Shown: positions 1-10,617, counted from the stretch's first letter. The stretch: 64,000 nt of DNA from Thalassobaculum sp. (GCF_965223715.1 NZ_OZ245012.1:97369-161368); one strand, 5' to 3'. Made by a program: numbers and translations. Notes: generated by a model from the letters alone, not told the origin.

Positions 1-1339
1 TGGCGCGCAGCGGGGAGGTGATCCCGCGGCCGAGGATCACCGCCAGCACCACCGCCAGCAACGCGGCGGCGGCGGTACCCGCCAGGATCAGCAGAGTGGA
101 CAGGGTTTTGTCTTCGGTGCGGGTCACGATCGAGGCGGCGACGCTGGCCTCCACCTGCTCGGCCACGGCGGCGGCCGCGGCGGTCATCTCCTCGGCGGCG
201 GAGACCCGGGTCTGCAGCGCCTTGACCAGGGCGTCGAACTTCCTCTTCCCGTCCTCCACCATGTCGCTGATCTGGCCGAGGGACGATCCCTCGGGAAGAT
301 TGTCGGCCAGCTTGCGGATGTTGCTCTCCACGGCGCCGAAGGCGAAGACCTGGGCCATCACCCCGCCGCCCTGTCCGTTGGCGGCGACCACCTCGCGGGT
401 ATTGGCGTCGATTTTCTTGACGGCGGTCACCAGGTCGGCGGCGAGGGTGGCGATGTCGGAGGCGCGTTCCGCCTCCGCCGCGGCGGTGCTCGCGGCCTCA
501 CGGGCTGCGAGATACTCGCCGGTTTCCTTGCGCGCGAGGGCGGAGGCGAAGGCGTTGATCTTCTTCGACACGCTCTCCAGTTCGGCGACGGCCTGGGTCT
601 CGTCCTGGCCGGCCTCGATTGCCGCGAACATGTCCTCAAGAGCCTTGCGGTAGCCGCCGACAGCGGCCGCCAGCAGGGTCACGGGCTTCTCGGCGCTGGT
701 CCCGGCGGTGAGCTTCTTCAGCTTGATCGCCGTCAGGAACATTTCCTTGGTGGCTTCCCGGGCGGATGCTGCATCCTCGGGGTTCCTGGTGCGCAGAAAC
801 ACCGCCTCGTCGCGGCGGGCGCTCAGGGTCGCCATGATCAGGGTCCGGGTCAGCTCCTCGATCTCGAGCTTCTGGTTCTGCTCGGCCAGGGCGGCGTCGC
901 GCTCCCGGTTCAGCGCGGCCCGGCGGTCGTCCTGGGTCTTGCGGATGCTGGTGGCGACCCGCTCGAACTCGACGATGCTGGACTGGATCTCGGCGATGAG
1001 CTGGTCTGCATTGGCGCGGGCGGCGACCAGGGTGTCGAACTGGCGGCGGTATTCCAGGATGGTCGCCGCGGTGTCCTGCTCGCCGACGGCTTCGGCCCGG
1101 GCGGCGGCGTCTTCCAGATGGGCGAGGGTGGCGTCGCGGGCGGCCGGATCCCCGGAAAGGCGATAGGCACTGGCAGAAATCTGCGCGCTGCGGATCTGCC
1201 GCTGGATCTCGGCCACCCGGTCGGCCTGATTGACCTGCTCGGAATACCGTTCCAGGGCGAGCCAGCCCGTTGCCCCGAGAACCAGGGTCAAGGCGACGAC
1301 CCCGGCGAAGCCTGCTCCTATCCGAAATCCAATGCGCAT
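1..1339 (-). CDS. Methyl-accepting chemotaxis protein, N-terminal sensor part (3' end runs off the window)
   Basis: Missing from the ORF track because it is open at the window edge. My minus-strand translation from ATG at 1339 gives MRIGFRIGAGFAGVVALTLVLGATGWLALERY... The order is a TM helix, a long Ala/Glu-rich helical periplasmic region, a second TM helix (LSTLLILAGTAAAALLAVVLAVIL), then GRGITSPLR (HAMP-like start). No stop occurs down to position 2. Confidence 0.7.
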   Translation of the reverse strand, partial: MRIGFRIGAGFAGVVALTLVLGATGWLALERYSEQVNQADRVAEIQRQIRSAQISASAYRLSGDPAARDATLAHLEDAAARAEAVGEQDTAATILEYRRQFDTLVAARANADQLIAEIQSSIVEFERVATSIRKTQDDRRAALNRERDAALAEQNQKLEIEELTRTLIMATLSARRDEAVFLRTRNPEDAASAREATKEMFLTAIKLKKLTAGTSAEKPVTLLAAAVGGYRKALEDMFAAIEAGQDETQAVAELESVSKKINAFASALARKETGEYLAAREAASTAAAEAERASDIATLAADLVTAVKKIDANTREVVAANGQGGGVMAQVFAFGAVESNIRKLADNLPEGSSLGQISDMVEDGKRKFDALVKALQTRVSAAEEMTAAAAAVAEQVEASVAASIVTRTEDKTLSTLLILAGTAAAALLAVVLAVILGRGITSPLRA

Positions 1340-1592
1340 GTGATGCCCCTTCACGCTGTGCGAATGAACACGGTATTCGCGCAATCTTAAGAAGACGTTT
1401 ATTAAATTATGCAGCGCTTCTGTCTCACTCTTCTGGTGCTTTTATTTTTTATTAAGGTTTTTCGGTACAATTCGAGCTGTCAGGCCCGGCGTCCGCGGAA
1501 CCCGGTGATCCGCTCTCCGCACTGATCGACGCCCGCCGACACGCCGCCCGAACACTGCGGCCGGCCAAGCAAAGAGATAGGGAGAAGCCTCG

Positions 1593-2183
1593 ATGACCTT
1601 GGGTCGATATCTGAAAACGCTGGGTGCGGTGGCCACGGTCGTGGTCTTCAGCGCCGGTGCGGCGTCCGCCAACGATTTCGCGTCGCAGATCACGGATGTG
1701 CTGAACAACCAGATCCGCCCGTGGCTGAGCGATCCCGCCATCGTCGAGGCGGTGAAGGCGCAGAACGCCGAGACCGGCGGCCTGTCTGAGGGTGATATCG
1801 ACGCCCTGGACAAGCAGTGGCGCGCCGAGGCGGAAGGCGGCAGCGGCCCGCTGATCGACAAGGTCCTGGCCGACAAGCTTTCGGCCTTCCTGAAGGAAAA
1901 GAAGGCAGCCTCCGACGGCCTGTATTCCGAGATCTTCGTCATGGACGCCAAAGGCCTGAACGTCGGCCAGAGCGACGTGACCTCCGACTACATGCAGGGC
2001 GACGAGGACAAGTGGCAGAAGACCTATCCGGTGGGCCCCGACGCGGTCTTCATCGACGAGGTCGAGTTCGACGATTCAAGCGGTCAGTTCCAGAGCCAGC
2101 TCAACGCCTCCATCGCCGATCCGGCGACCGGCCAGGCGATCGGCGCCATCACCATCGGCATCAACGTCGAGAAGCTGGACTGA
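1593..2183 (+). CDS. Secreted stand-alone PDC/Cache-like sensor-domain protein (hypothetical periplasmic protein)
   Basis: 196-aa ORF with a signal peptide (AGAASA|NDF). It resembles, from memory, small alphaproteobacterial proteins annotated as PDC sensor domain-containing (FVMDAKGLNVGQSDVTSDY..GDEDKWQKT). No transmitter domain. Confidence 0.55.
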   Translation: MTLGRYLKTLGAVATVVVFSAGAASANDFASQITDVLNNQIRPWLSDPAIVEAVKAQNAETGGLSEGDIDALDKQWRAEAEGGSGPLIDKVLADKLSAFLKEKKAASDGLYSEIFVMDAKGLNVGQSDVTSDYMQGDEDKWQKTYPVGPDAVFIDEVEFDDSSGQFQSQLNASIADPATGQAIGAITIGINVEKLD

Positions 2184-2244
2184 GCGCAGTGACGCATGCC
2201 CGACGGGGAGAGGCGTCTCCCCGAACCCTCCCGGGTGCTCCCTA

Positions 2245-3622
<1,378 letters not shown>

Positions 3623-3645
3623 GCCCTATCGCGAACGCATTCCTG

Positions 3646-3677
3646 ACGCCGGCGCGGGTCTCCCGCGCCGGCGTTTG
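3646..3677 (+). terminator. Putative intrinsic terminator after the aminotransferase
   Basis: acgccggcgcggg - tct - cccgcgccggcgt 13-bp perfect stem followed by TTTG (short T tract). Confidence 0.5.
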
Positions 3678-3785
3678 CCTGCCTTGACCCGGGCGCCCGA
3701 CACAGCGCACCCTTCGCGTCGCCGCCCCGCCGAACAATTCCATCAATAAGGGCCGGCGCTATCGCTCGACCGGAGGAAATGCGCG

Positions 3786-5522
3786 ATGATCGACCGTCCC
3801 GATTCCATGAAGGGCAAACGCCGCTCGTCCCAGTGGTACGGCAAGATCGACAAGGACGGGTACGCCCACCGGTCCTGGATGAAGAACCAGGGCTTTCCGG
3901 CGGAGGTCTTCGACGGGCGGCCGATCATCGGCATCGCCAATACCTTCAGCGAGTTCAATCCCTGCCACGCCCACTTCCGCAAGATCTGCGAGCATGTGAA
4001 GCGCGGCGTGTGGGAGGCCGGCGGCTTCCCGCTTGAGTTCCCGGTCTTCTCCAATTCCGAGAGCCAGCTCCGGCCGACCTCCATGCTGTACCGCAACCTC
4101 GCGTCCATGGACGTTGAGGAGGCGATCCGCGGCCTGCCGATGGACGGCGTCGTGCTGCTGGTCGGCTGCGACAAGACCACGCCCGCCCTGCTGATGGGCG
4201 CGTCGAGTTGCAACCTGCCGACCATCTGCGTGTCCGGCGGCCCGATGCTGAACGGCTACTACAAGGGCGAGAAGATCGGCTCCGGCACCCATGTCTGGAA
4301 GTTCTCCGAGGCCGTGCGCGCCGGCGAGATGTCGATCGAGGCCTTCATGAGCGCCGAGCAGGACAACCACCGCTCCGCCGGCCACTGCATGACCATGGGC
4401 ACCGCGTCGACGATGGCCTCGATGGTGGAGAGCCTCGGCGTGTCCCTGCCGGCCAATGCCGCGATCCCGGCGGTCGACAGCCGCCGCTACGTGCTGGCGC
4501 ATATGTCCGGCAAGCGGATCGTCGACATGGTGATCGAGGACCTGCGCCTGTCGAAGATCCTGACCAAGGACGCCTTCGAGAACGCCATGGTGACCAACGG
4601 CGCCATCGGCGGGTCGACCAACGCGGTCATCCATCTGCAGGCCATCGCCGGCCGTCTCGGCGTCGATATCGGCCTCGACGACTGGGACCGGCTCGGCAAG
4701 GACATGCCCTGCCTGGTCAACCTGATGCCGTCGGGCGAGCACCTGATGGAGGACTTCTACTACGCGGGCGGCCTGCCGGCCGTGCTGCGCGAGATCGGCG
4801 ACTTCCTGCACAAGGACGCGGTCACCGCCAACGGCAAGACCATCTGGGAGAACGTGAAGGACGCGGAGTGCTACAACCGCGACGTCATCTTCCCGCTGAA
4901 GCAGCCGTTCAAGCCGAATGGCGGCATCGCCGTCCTGCGCGGCAACATCACCCCGGACGGCGCCATCCTGAAGCCGTCGGCGGCGACACCGGAGCTGATG
5001 GTGCATACCGGGCGGGCCGTGGTGTTCGAGGATATCGACGACTACAAGGCGCGGATCGACGACGAGGCGCTCGACATCGACGAGACCTGCATCATGGTGC
5101 TGAAGAACTGCGGTCCGATCGGTTATCCGGGCATGGCGGAGGTCGGCAACATGGGCCTGCCGCCGAAGGTGCTGCGCAAGGGCATCACCGACATGATCCG
5201 GATCTCCGACGCCCGCATGTCCGGCACCGCCTATGGCACGGTGATCCTGCACGGCGCGCCCGAGGCGGCGGCCGGCGGCCCGCTGTCGCTGGTGGAGAGC
5301 GGCGATATGATCGAGGTCGACGTGCCGAACCGGCGCCTTCACCTGGACGTCTCGGACGCCGAACTGGAGAAGCGCCGCGCGGCCCGCAAGCCGTTCGTGC
5401 CGCCCTATGACCGGGGGTACTCCAAGCTATACGTCGAGACCGTCAACCAGGCGGACAAGGGCGCGGACCTGGATTTCCTCGTCGGCAATTCCGGCACCCC
5501 GGAGATGCGCGAGAGCCATTGA
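3786..5522 (+). CDS. IlvD/Edd-family dehydratase (sugar-acid/dihydroxy-acid dehydratase type)
   Basis: 578 aa. RSSQWYGK..GRPIIGIANTFSEFNPCHAHF, VGCDKTTPALLMGA and ISDARMSGTAYG motifs typical of the IlvD/Edd family. Substrate not assignable. Confidence 0.85.
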   Translation: MIDRPDSMKGKRRSSQWYGKIDKDGYAHRSWMKNQGFPAEVFDGRPIIGIANTFSEFNPCHAHFRKICEHVKRGVWEAGGFPLEFPVFSNSESQLRPTSMLYRNLASMDVEEAIRGLPMDGVVLLVGCDKTTPALLMGASSCNLPTICVSGGPMLNGYYKGEKIGSGTHVWKFSEAVRAGEMSIEAFMSAEQDNHRSAGHCMTMGTASTMASMVESLGVSLPANAAIPAVDSRRYVLAHMSGKRIVDMVIEDLRLSKILTKDAFENAMVTNGAIGGSTNAVIHLQAIAGRLGVDIGLDDWDRLGKDMPCLVNLMPSGEHLMEDFYYAGGLPAVLREIGDFLHKDAVTANGKTIWENVKDAECYNRDVIFPLKQPFKPNGGIAVLRGNITPDGAILKPSAATPELMVHTGRAVVFEDIDDYKARIDDEALDIDETCIMVLKNCGPIGYPGMAEVGNMGLPPKVLRKGITDMIRISDARMSGTAYGTVILHGAPEAAAGGPLSLVESGDMIEVDVPNRRLHLDVSDAELEKRRAARKPFVPPYDRGYSKLYVETVNQADKGADLDFLVGNSGTPEMRESH

Positions 5523-5540
5523 GGCAGGGGGGCCGTTCCT

Positions 5541-6095
5541 CCCATCCGTCGTCCTGATGCAAATCAGGACCAACGTACGGACGGCCGGGTTGGCGCCATC
5601 AAGGGGTGGTCGGCAAGGGTTGGCGGCTTGATCCTGACGTGCGTCAGGATGACGGGAGGGGGCGGATCGGGCGCGCTACGCCCGCTTCCCGCCCACGGTC
5701 CCGACCAACCCCATCCGTCGTCCTGATGCAAATCAGGACCAACGCGCGGACGGCGGGGCTGGCGCCATCTGCGGACGGTCGGCATGGGTTGGCGGCTTGA
5801 TCCTGACGTGCGTCAGGATGACGGGAGGGGGCGGAGGGGTCGCGCACCGCCCGCTTCGCGCCCACGACCCCGGGCCAACCCCATCCGTCGTCCTGAGGCA
5901 AATCAGGACCAATGCGCGGACGTCGGGGCTGGCGCCATCAGCGGACGGTCGGCCTGGGGTGGCGGCTTGATCCTGACGTGCGTCAGGATGACGGGAGGGG
6001 GCGGAGTGGGCGCGCTCCGCCCGCTTCCCGCCCCACGGCCAGGCCAACCCCATCCGTCGTCCTGATGCAAATCAGGACCAACGCGCGGACGGCCC
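5541..6095. repeat. Tandem repeat, 3 full units of 169/170/168 bp plus a partial 4th, each with two conserved hairpins
   Basis: Unit starts (cccatccgtcgtcctgatgcaaatcaggacc) at 5541, 5710, 5880 and 6048. Hairpin 1 is gtcctgat-GCAA-atcaggac (e.g. 5551-5570). Hairpin 2 is atcctgac-gtgc-gtcaggat (e.g. 5631-5650). Confidence 0.9.
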
Positions 6096-6272
6096 GGCCG
6101 CGGCGTAGGCCGATGTTCGGCATGAGATGGAGGCCTGATCCCAGCCCTCGTCGGGGTGACGGACCTGATCCTGACTTTCGTCGGGATGACGGATAGGATT
6201 GCTCGTCTTGTTTCCCCATTTTCCTGACGCCCGTCAGGAGATCCCGCACGAATTGATCACCCCACGGATCCG

Positions 6273-7550
6273 ATGACCCCCGCCCAGCATGCCGCGCCGT
6301 CGTCTGCCATGCCCACCCGAACCCTGCTCGGGATCGGCTGGTTCCTGTGTGCGATGTTCTTCTTCTACGCCTTCGTCCAGCGGGTCGCACCCTCGGTCAT
6401 GGTCGACGAGTTGATGCGCGATTTCGCCGTCGGCGGCGCGCTCGTGGGGAACCTGTCGGCCTTCTACTACTACGCCTATGCCGGCTCGCAGATCCCGGTC
6501 GGGGTGATGCTCGACCGGTTCGGCCCGTGGCGTCTGATCACCGTCGCCGTCGGCCTGGTTGCCGTCGGCAGCTTCGTCTTCGCCGGGGCCGAGACCCTGT
6601 GGATGGCCTATCTCGGCCGCATGCTGATCGGCTTCGGCTGCGCCTTCAGCTTCGCCGGCGCGCTGAACTACGCGGCGATCTGGATGCCGGCCCACCGCTT
6701 CGCCACGTTGAGCGGCGGCGCGCAGATGCTCGGCGTGCTCGGCGGCATCACCGGCCAGGCCCCCTTGGGTGCCGCCGTGGAGGCCTTCGGCTGGCGGCCG
6801 ATGATGCTGGTGATCGCGGTGTTCGGTGCGGCGCTCGCGATCGCCTGCGGCTTCATCCTGCGCGACCGGCCGCGCCCCGACGGCTCCACCCCGCGCCCGC
6901 GCCTGCTGGCCGGGCTGAAACGGGCAGCGGGCAGCGGCCAGGTCTGGCTGGCGGCCATGTTCGGGCTGGCGATGACCAGCGCCATGCTGGCCTTCGGGGG
7001 GCTCTGGGGCGTGCCCTATGTGATGCAGGCCTACGATCACCACAAGGCGGAGGCCGCCCTGCTGGTGAGCTGCCTGTTCGTCGGCTGGGGGGTGGGCGCG
7101 CCGCTGTTCGGCTGGCTCGCCGACCGCTACCGGCGGCGCAAGCCCTTCATGATCCTGGGCGCGATCCTCTCGACCGCCGGCATCTCGGCGGCCGTCTACC
7201 TGCCCCATGTCAGCGACGTCACGCTCGCCGCCGCGCTGATCGTGCAGGGCTTGGGGGCTTCCTCCATGGTGCTGTCCTTCTCGGTCGGCCGCGAGAACAC
7301 GCCGCTCTGGGCCGCGGGTGCGACGGTCGGCATCATCAACGGCTGCGTGGTCGGCTCCGGGGCCGTGCTGCAGCCGTTGCTCGGCTGGGTGCTCGACCTC
7401 GCCTGGGACGGAACGATGCTGGAGGGTGCCCGGGTCTACACGGCGGCCGCCTATGAGCGAGCCTTCCTGGTCCTTCCGGTAATCGGCGTGTTCGGGCTGT
7501 TGATCGCGCTGGTGGTTCGCGAGACCCATGGTGAGTCCGTTGAAGTCTGA
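6273..7550 (+). CDS. MFS transporter
   Basis: 425 aa, multiple hydrophobic helices, MFS-like loop motif (GVMLDRFGPWR). Start could also be the internal Met at 6309. Confidence 0.8.
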   Translation: MTPAQHAAPSSAMPTRTLLGIGWFLCAMFFFYAFVQRVAPSVMVDELMRDFAVGGALVGNLSAFYYYAYAGSQIPVGVMLDRFGPWRLITVAVGLVAVGSFVFAGAETLWMAYLGRMLIGFGCAFSFAGALNYAAIWMPAHRFATLSGGAQMLGVLGGITGQAPLGAAVEAFGWRPMMLVIAVFGAALAIACGFILRDRPRPDGSTPRPRLLAGLKRAAGSGQVWLAAMFGLAMTSAMLAFGGLWGVPYVMQAYDHHKAEAALLVSCLFVGWGVGAPLFGWLADRYRRRKPFMILGAILSTAGISAAVYLPHVSDVTLAAALIVQGLGASSMVLSFSVGRENTPLWAAGATVGIINGCVVGSGAVLQPLLGWVLDLAWDGTMLEGARVYTAAAYERAFLVLPVIGVFGLLIALVVRETHGESVEV

Positions 7551-7611
7551 GTTGATTTTTGGTGCAGAAACAGGTGAATATTCATTTCATAATTGATGGG
7601 CGGCAGATGCT

Positions 7612-8025
7612 ATGAGGAGCTTTGAAAAAAATATTTGCTGCACGGGATTTTTTATTTTTGTCCTTTTCCTCGCGCCTCTTGCTCGTGCAAGCGATGTGTG
7701 TGATGCGCTTCACGGAGCAAAAATTATTGCTGACGACGGTAAGTATTTGGGAACTGTAGACGGACCATATGGTGGAGATTCTATTTTTAATGAATATAGC
7801 GCATATGGGAGTTCATATAGCGGCGATAGCATCTGGAATGAGTACGGATCATACGGCGGTGAATATAGCTCGAGCTCTCCTTTCAATAAGTATAGTTCCA
7901 ATCCTCCGATGATAATAAAAAATAGAAAAATTATAGCTTTTTTGACAGTGAATGATTCAATTGATGGGGCGGTTAATCCGATTAAGTTGGGAGTTGTTTG
8001 TTATGATGTCGTGATGCGGCGTTAG
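7612..8025 (+). CDS. Secreted Tyr/Ser/Gly-repeat protein, ORFan-like, in an AT-rich islet
   Basis: 137 aa. Signal peptide (FFIFVLFLAPLARA|SD). Tandem 16-aa repeats GDSIFNEYSAYGSSYS / GDSIWNEYGSYGGEYS plus partial SSSPFNKYSS. Two Cys flank the repeats. AT-rich codon usage unlike its neighbours. Confidence 0.55.
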   Translation: MRSFEKNICCTGFFIFVLFLAPLARASDVCDALHGAKIIADDGKYLGTVDGPYGGDSIFNEYSAYGSSYSGDSIWNEYGSYGGEYSSSSPFNKYSSNPPMIIKNRKIIAFLTVNDSIDGAVNPIKLGVVCYDVVMRR

Positions 8026-8039
8026 TTTTATAGAGGATT

Positions 8040-8738
8040 TCAAAGCAGCCCCTTCGAGCGGAAGCTGACATGGCCGTGCCGGGCGACGATGAGATGGTCG
8101 TGCAGCACGATGCCCAGGGTCGCCGCCGCCTCCTTGAGCTGGGCGGTGGTCGAGATGTCGGCCTGGGACGGGGTCGGGTCGCCGGTGGGGTGGTTGTGCA
8201 CCACGATCAGCGCCGAGGCGCCCAGGTCCAGCGCCCGCTTCACCACCTCGCGCGGATAGAGCGGGGTGTGGTCGATGGTGCCGCGGCCCTGCAGCTCGTC
8301 CTGGATCAGGCGGTTGCGCTTGTCGAGATAGAGCACCCGCACGACTTCCACCGGCTCATGGGCCATGGCGGCGTGGCAGTAGTCGAGGAGCTGTTTCCAG
8401 CCCGACAGCACCGGCCGCTTCAGCAGCGGTTCGCCCAGCAGCCGGTCTGCCGCCGCCTTGGCGGTCTTCAGCGCGGCGACCGAGGCCTCGCCCATGCCGT
8501 CGATCTTGGCCAACTCGGCCGGCTCGGCGCTGATGGTCTCGGCGAAGGAACCGAACCGGGCGATCAGCCGCTTGGCCAGGGGCTTCACGTCGCCGCGCGG
8601 CTTGGCCAGGAACAGCAGCAGTTCGATCAGCTCGTAATCTGCCAGCGCGTCCGCACCGGCGGCCAGGAACCGCCGGCGCAGCCGCTGGCGATGGCCCTCC
8701 GGCCCGGGATCCTGCACCTCGCCCAACCCGTCATACAC
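8040..8738 (-). CDS. radC: RadC-family (UPF0758, JAMM motif) protein
   Basis: 232 aa, GTG start. HhH-like N-terminal region plus C-terminal HNHPTGDPTPSQADI JAMM motif. Confidence 0.9.
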   Translation of the reverse strand: MYDGLGEVQDPGPEGHRQRLRRRFLAAGADALADYELIELLLFLAKPRGDVKPLAKRLIARFGSFAETISAEPAELAKIDGMGEASVAALKTAKAAADRLLGEPLLKRPVLSGWKQLLDYCHAAMAHEPVEVVRVLYLDKRNRLIQDELQGRGTIDHTPLYPREVVKRALDLGASALIVVHNHPTGDPTPSQADISTTAQLKEAAATLGIVLHDHLIVARHGHVSFRSKGLL

Positions 8739-8860
8739 GCCGCCCCTCCCTGATCGGTGGTCACGGAGCGGCTATGGAAGGGGCGGGGACGGAACGCGGC
8801 AGGAGGGATGGGGCGTGGGGCTGGGTCCCTGCCTCGCCCCGGGTCACGCCCGGGGACGAG

Positions 8861-8967
8861 CCGGGATGACGGGGGAGAAAGACATAGGGCGAGCGGGTGA
8901 AGAGGCTGGTTCCTCTCTTCACCAACCGCGTCATCCCGGGAGCGCCCGTCCCGGATTTAATCCGGGA
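8861..8967. repeat. Nested palindromic extragenic element
   Basis: Outer arms ccgggatgacg (8861-8871) / cgtcatcccgg (8929-8939). Inner arms ggtgaagag (8896-8904) / ctcttcacc (8915-8923). Adjacent 19-bp palindrome tcccggatt-t-aatccggga (8949-8967). Confidence 0.7.
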
Positions 8968-9033
8968 TTGATCCGGGGGCTGCCCGGGACCCAGTGGCGC
9001 GACACCGGCGCGACGGGTCTGCGAGCTGAGCCC

Positions 9034-9837
9034 TCAGATATACGGCGGCTTCGTGTAGCCCTTGGGCGACAGGGTGAAGATCTCGAACCCGGTCTCGGTC
9101 ACGCCGATGGAATGCTCGAACTGGGCCGAGAGCGAGCGGTCGCGGGTGACCGCGGTCCAGCCGTCCTCCAGGATCTTCACCGCGAACTTGCCGGCATTGA
9201 TCATCGGCTCGACGGTGAAGAACATGCCCGGTTCCAGCATCGGGCCGTCTTCGGGATGGCCGTAATGCAGCACGCTCGGTGGCGCGTGGAAGGTGCGGCC
9301 CAGGCCGTGGCCGCAGAAGTCGCGCACCACCGAGAAGCGCTGGGCTTCGGCGAAGGTCTGGATGCGGTGGCCGATGGCGCCCAGATGCACGCCCGGCCGG
9401 ATCACCTCGATGCCGAGCATCATGGCGTCGTAGGTGACCTCCACCAGCCGCTTGGCCTTCACCGAGATCTTGTCGCCGACCAGGTACATGCGGCTGCTGT
9501 CGCCGTGCCAGCCGTCGAGGATGACGGTCACGTCGATATTGACGATCTCGCCTTCCTCCAGCTTCCGGTCGCCCGGAATGCCGTGGCAGACCACGTGGTT
9601 GATGGAAGTGCAGATCGACTTGGGAAACCCCTTGTAGCCGAGCGGCGCCGGGGTGGCGCCGTTGGCCAGCGTCATCTCGTGGCAGAGCCGGTCCAGCTCG
9701 TCGGTGGTCACGCCGGGGGCGACATGGTCGGTGATCATGTCGAGGATCTCGGCCGCGAGGCGCCCGGCCTTGCGCATGCCCTCGAAATCCTCCGGCCCGT
9801 GGCGCACGATCTGGCGCGCTTCGGCGAGCTGCTGCAT
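9034..9837 (-). CDS. map: Type I methionine aminopeptidase
   Basis: 267 aa. Metal-ligand context NIDVTVILDGWHGDSSRM, GHGLGRTFH, FTVEPMIN. Confidence 0.92.
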   Translation of the reverse strand: MQQLAEARQIVRHGPEDFEGMRKAGRLAAEILDMITDHVAPGVTTDELDRLCHEMTLANGATPAPLGYKGFPKSICTSINHVVCHGIPGDRKLEEGEIVNIDVTVILDGWHGDSSRMYLVGDKISVKAKRLVEVTYDAMMLGIEVIRPGVHLGAIGHRIQTFAEAQRFSVVRDFCGHGLGRTFHAPPSVLHYGHPEDGPMLEPGMFFTVEPMINAGKFAVKILEDGWTAVTRDRSLSAQFEHSIGVTETGFEIFTLSPKGYTKPPYI

Positions 9838-9906
9838 CGCGATCTTCCTTTTCCGTAACGTGGCTGCAATCTGCTGCCGCGGGCCGGGAAGGTCAAGGTT
9901 CGGGGG

Positions 9907-10617
9907 CTATCCCACCACAGGCACCGGCCGGTTCAGCACCACCCGGTCCAGCGTCACTGCGCATTCCCAGGCCAGCGCCTCCACCCCGGCCGCGCGTGCC
10001 AGGTCGAAGGCGATCCCGTATTTCGGGTCGATGTCGCGGGCCAGCGCCAGGCGGTCGCCGTCCATCCGCTGGATGCAGAACAGCATCACCGCCCGGTTCC
10101 CGGCCGCGACCATGGCGGCCAGTTCGGCCAGATGCTTCGCCCCCCGGGCGGTGACGCTGTCGGGGAACTCGTGGGCGCCGGGGTTGGGGCCGTCGGGGCG
10201 GACCAGGTGGACGTTCTTCACCTCCACGTAGCAGGGCGGACGTCCGGGTCCCTCCAGCAGCATGTCGATGCGGCTGTTCACCCCGTATTTCACCTCGCGC
10301 CGCAGGGCCTCGTAGCCCACGAGCTCCGGGATCAGGCCGGCGGCGATCGCCTCGGCGACGATGGCGTTCGGCCGGCCGGTATGGATGCCGACCAGCCCGC
10401 CCGCCGTCTCCACCAGCTCCAGGGTGTAGGGCAGCTTGCGCTTTGGGTCGGGAGAGCGCGACAGCCAGACCCGCAGGCCGGGATCTTTGAGGCCGGTCAT
10501 CGCCCCCGGGTTCGGGCAATGGGCGGTCACCACCTCGCCGCCGAGATCGACATCGGCGAGGAAGCGCTTGTACCGCCTGAGCAGGCGGCCTTCGTGCAGG
10601 GGGGTGGGCAGATCCAT
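9907..10617 (-). CDS. sfsA: Sugar fermentation stimulation protein SfsA
   Basis: 236 aa. LLRRYKRFLADV...AHCPNPGAM N-terminus typical of SfsA. Confidence 0.88.
   Translation of the reverse strand: MDLPTPLHEGRLLRRYKRFLADVDLGGEVVTAHCPNPGAMTGLKDPGLRVWLSRSPDPKRKLPYTLELVETAGGLVGIHTGRPNAIVAEAIAAGLIPELVGYEALRREVKYGVNSRIDMLLEGPGRPPCYVEVKNVHLVRPDGPNPGAHEFPDSVTARGAKHLAELAAMVAAGNRAVMLFCIQRMDGDRLALARDIDPKYGIAFDLARAAGVEALAWECAVTLDRVVLNRPVPVVG

Noticed and set aside
5541-6095. Possibility that the periodic repeat is a CRISPR array.
   Set aside because: The units are contiguous 169-bp copies with no unique spacers between short repeats, and no cas genes are nearby.
5564-6390. Several 60-135-aa ORFs on both strands inside the tandem repeat (e.g. 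VVLMQIRTNARTAGLAPS..., ILTHVRIKPP...).
   Set aside because: They arise because the repeat unit happens to be open in several frames. Periodic identical peptides, no start or SD context, overlapping on both strands.
7710-7901. 63-aa minus-strand ORF inside the AT-rich islet (MELYLLKGELELYSPPYDPYSF...).
   Set aside because: It is the antisense of the repeat region of the signal-peptide-bearing plus-strand ORF. It is open only because of the repeat, with no start context.
8815-9858. 347-aa plus-strand ORF running from the radC/map spacer through map.
   Set aside because: It is antisense to methionine aminopeptidase, starts inside a palindromic repeat element, and has low-complexity sequence.
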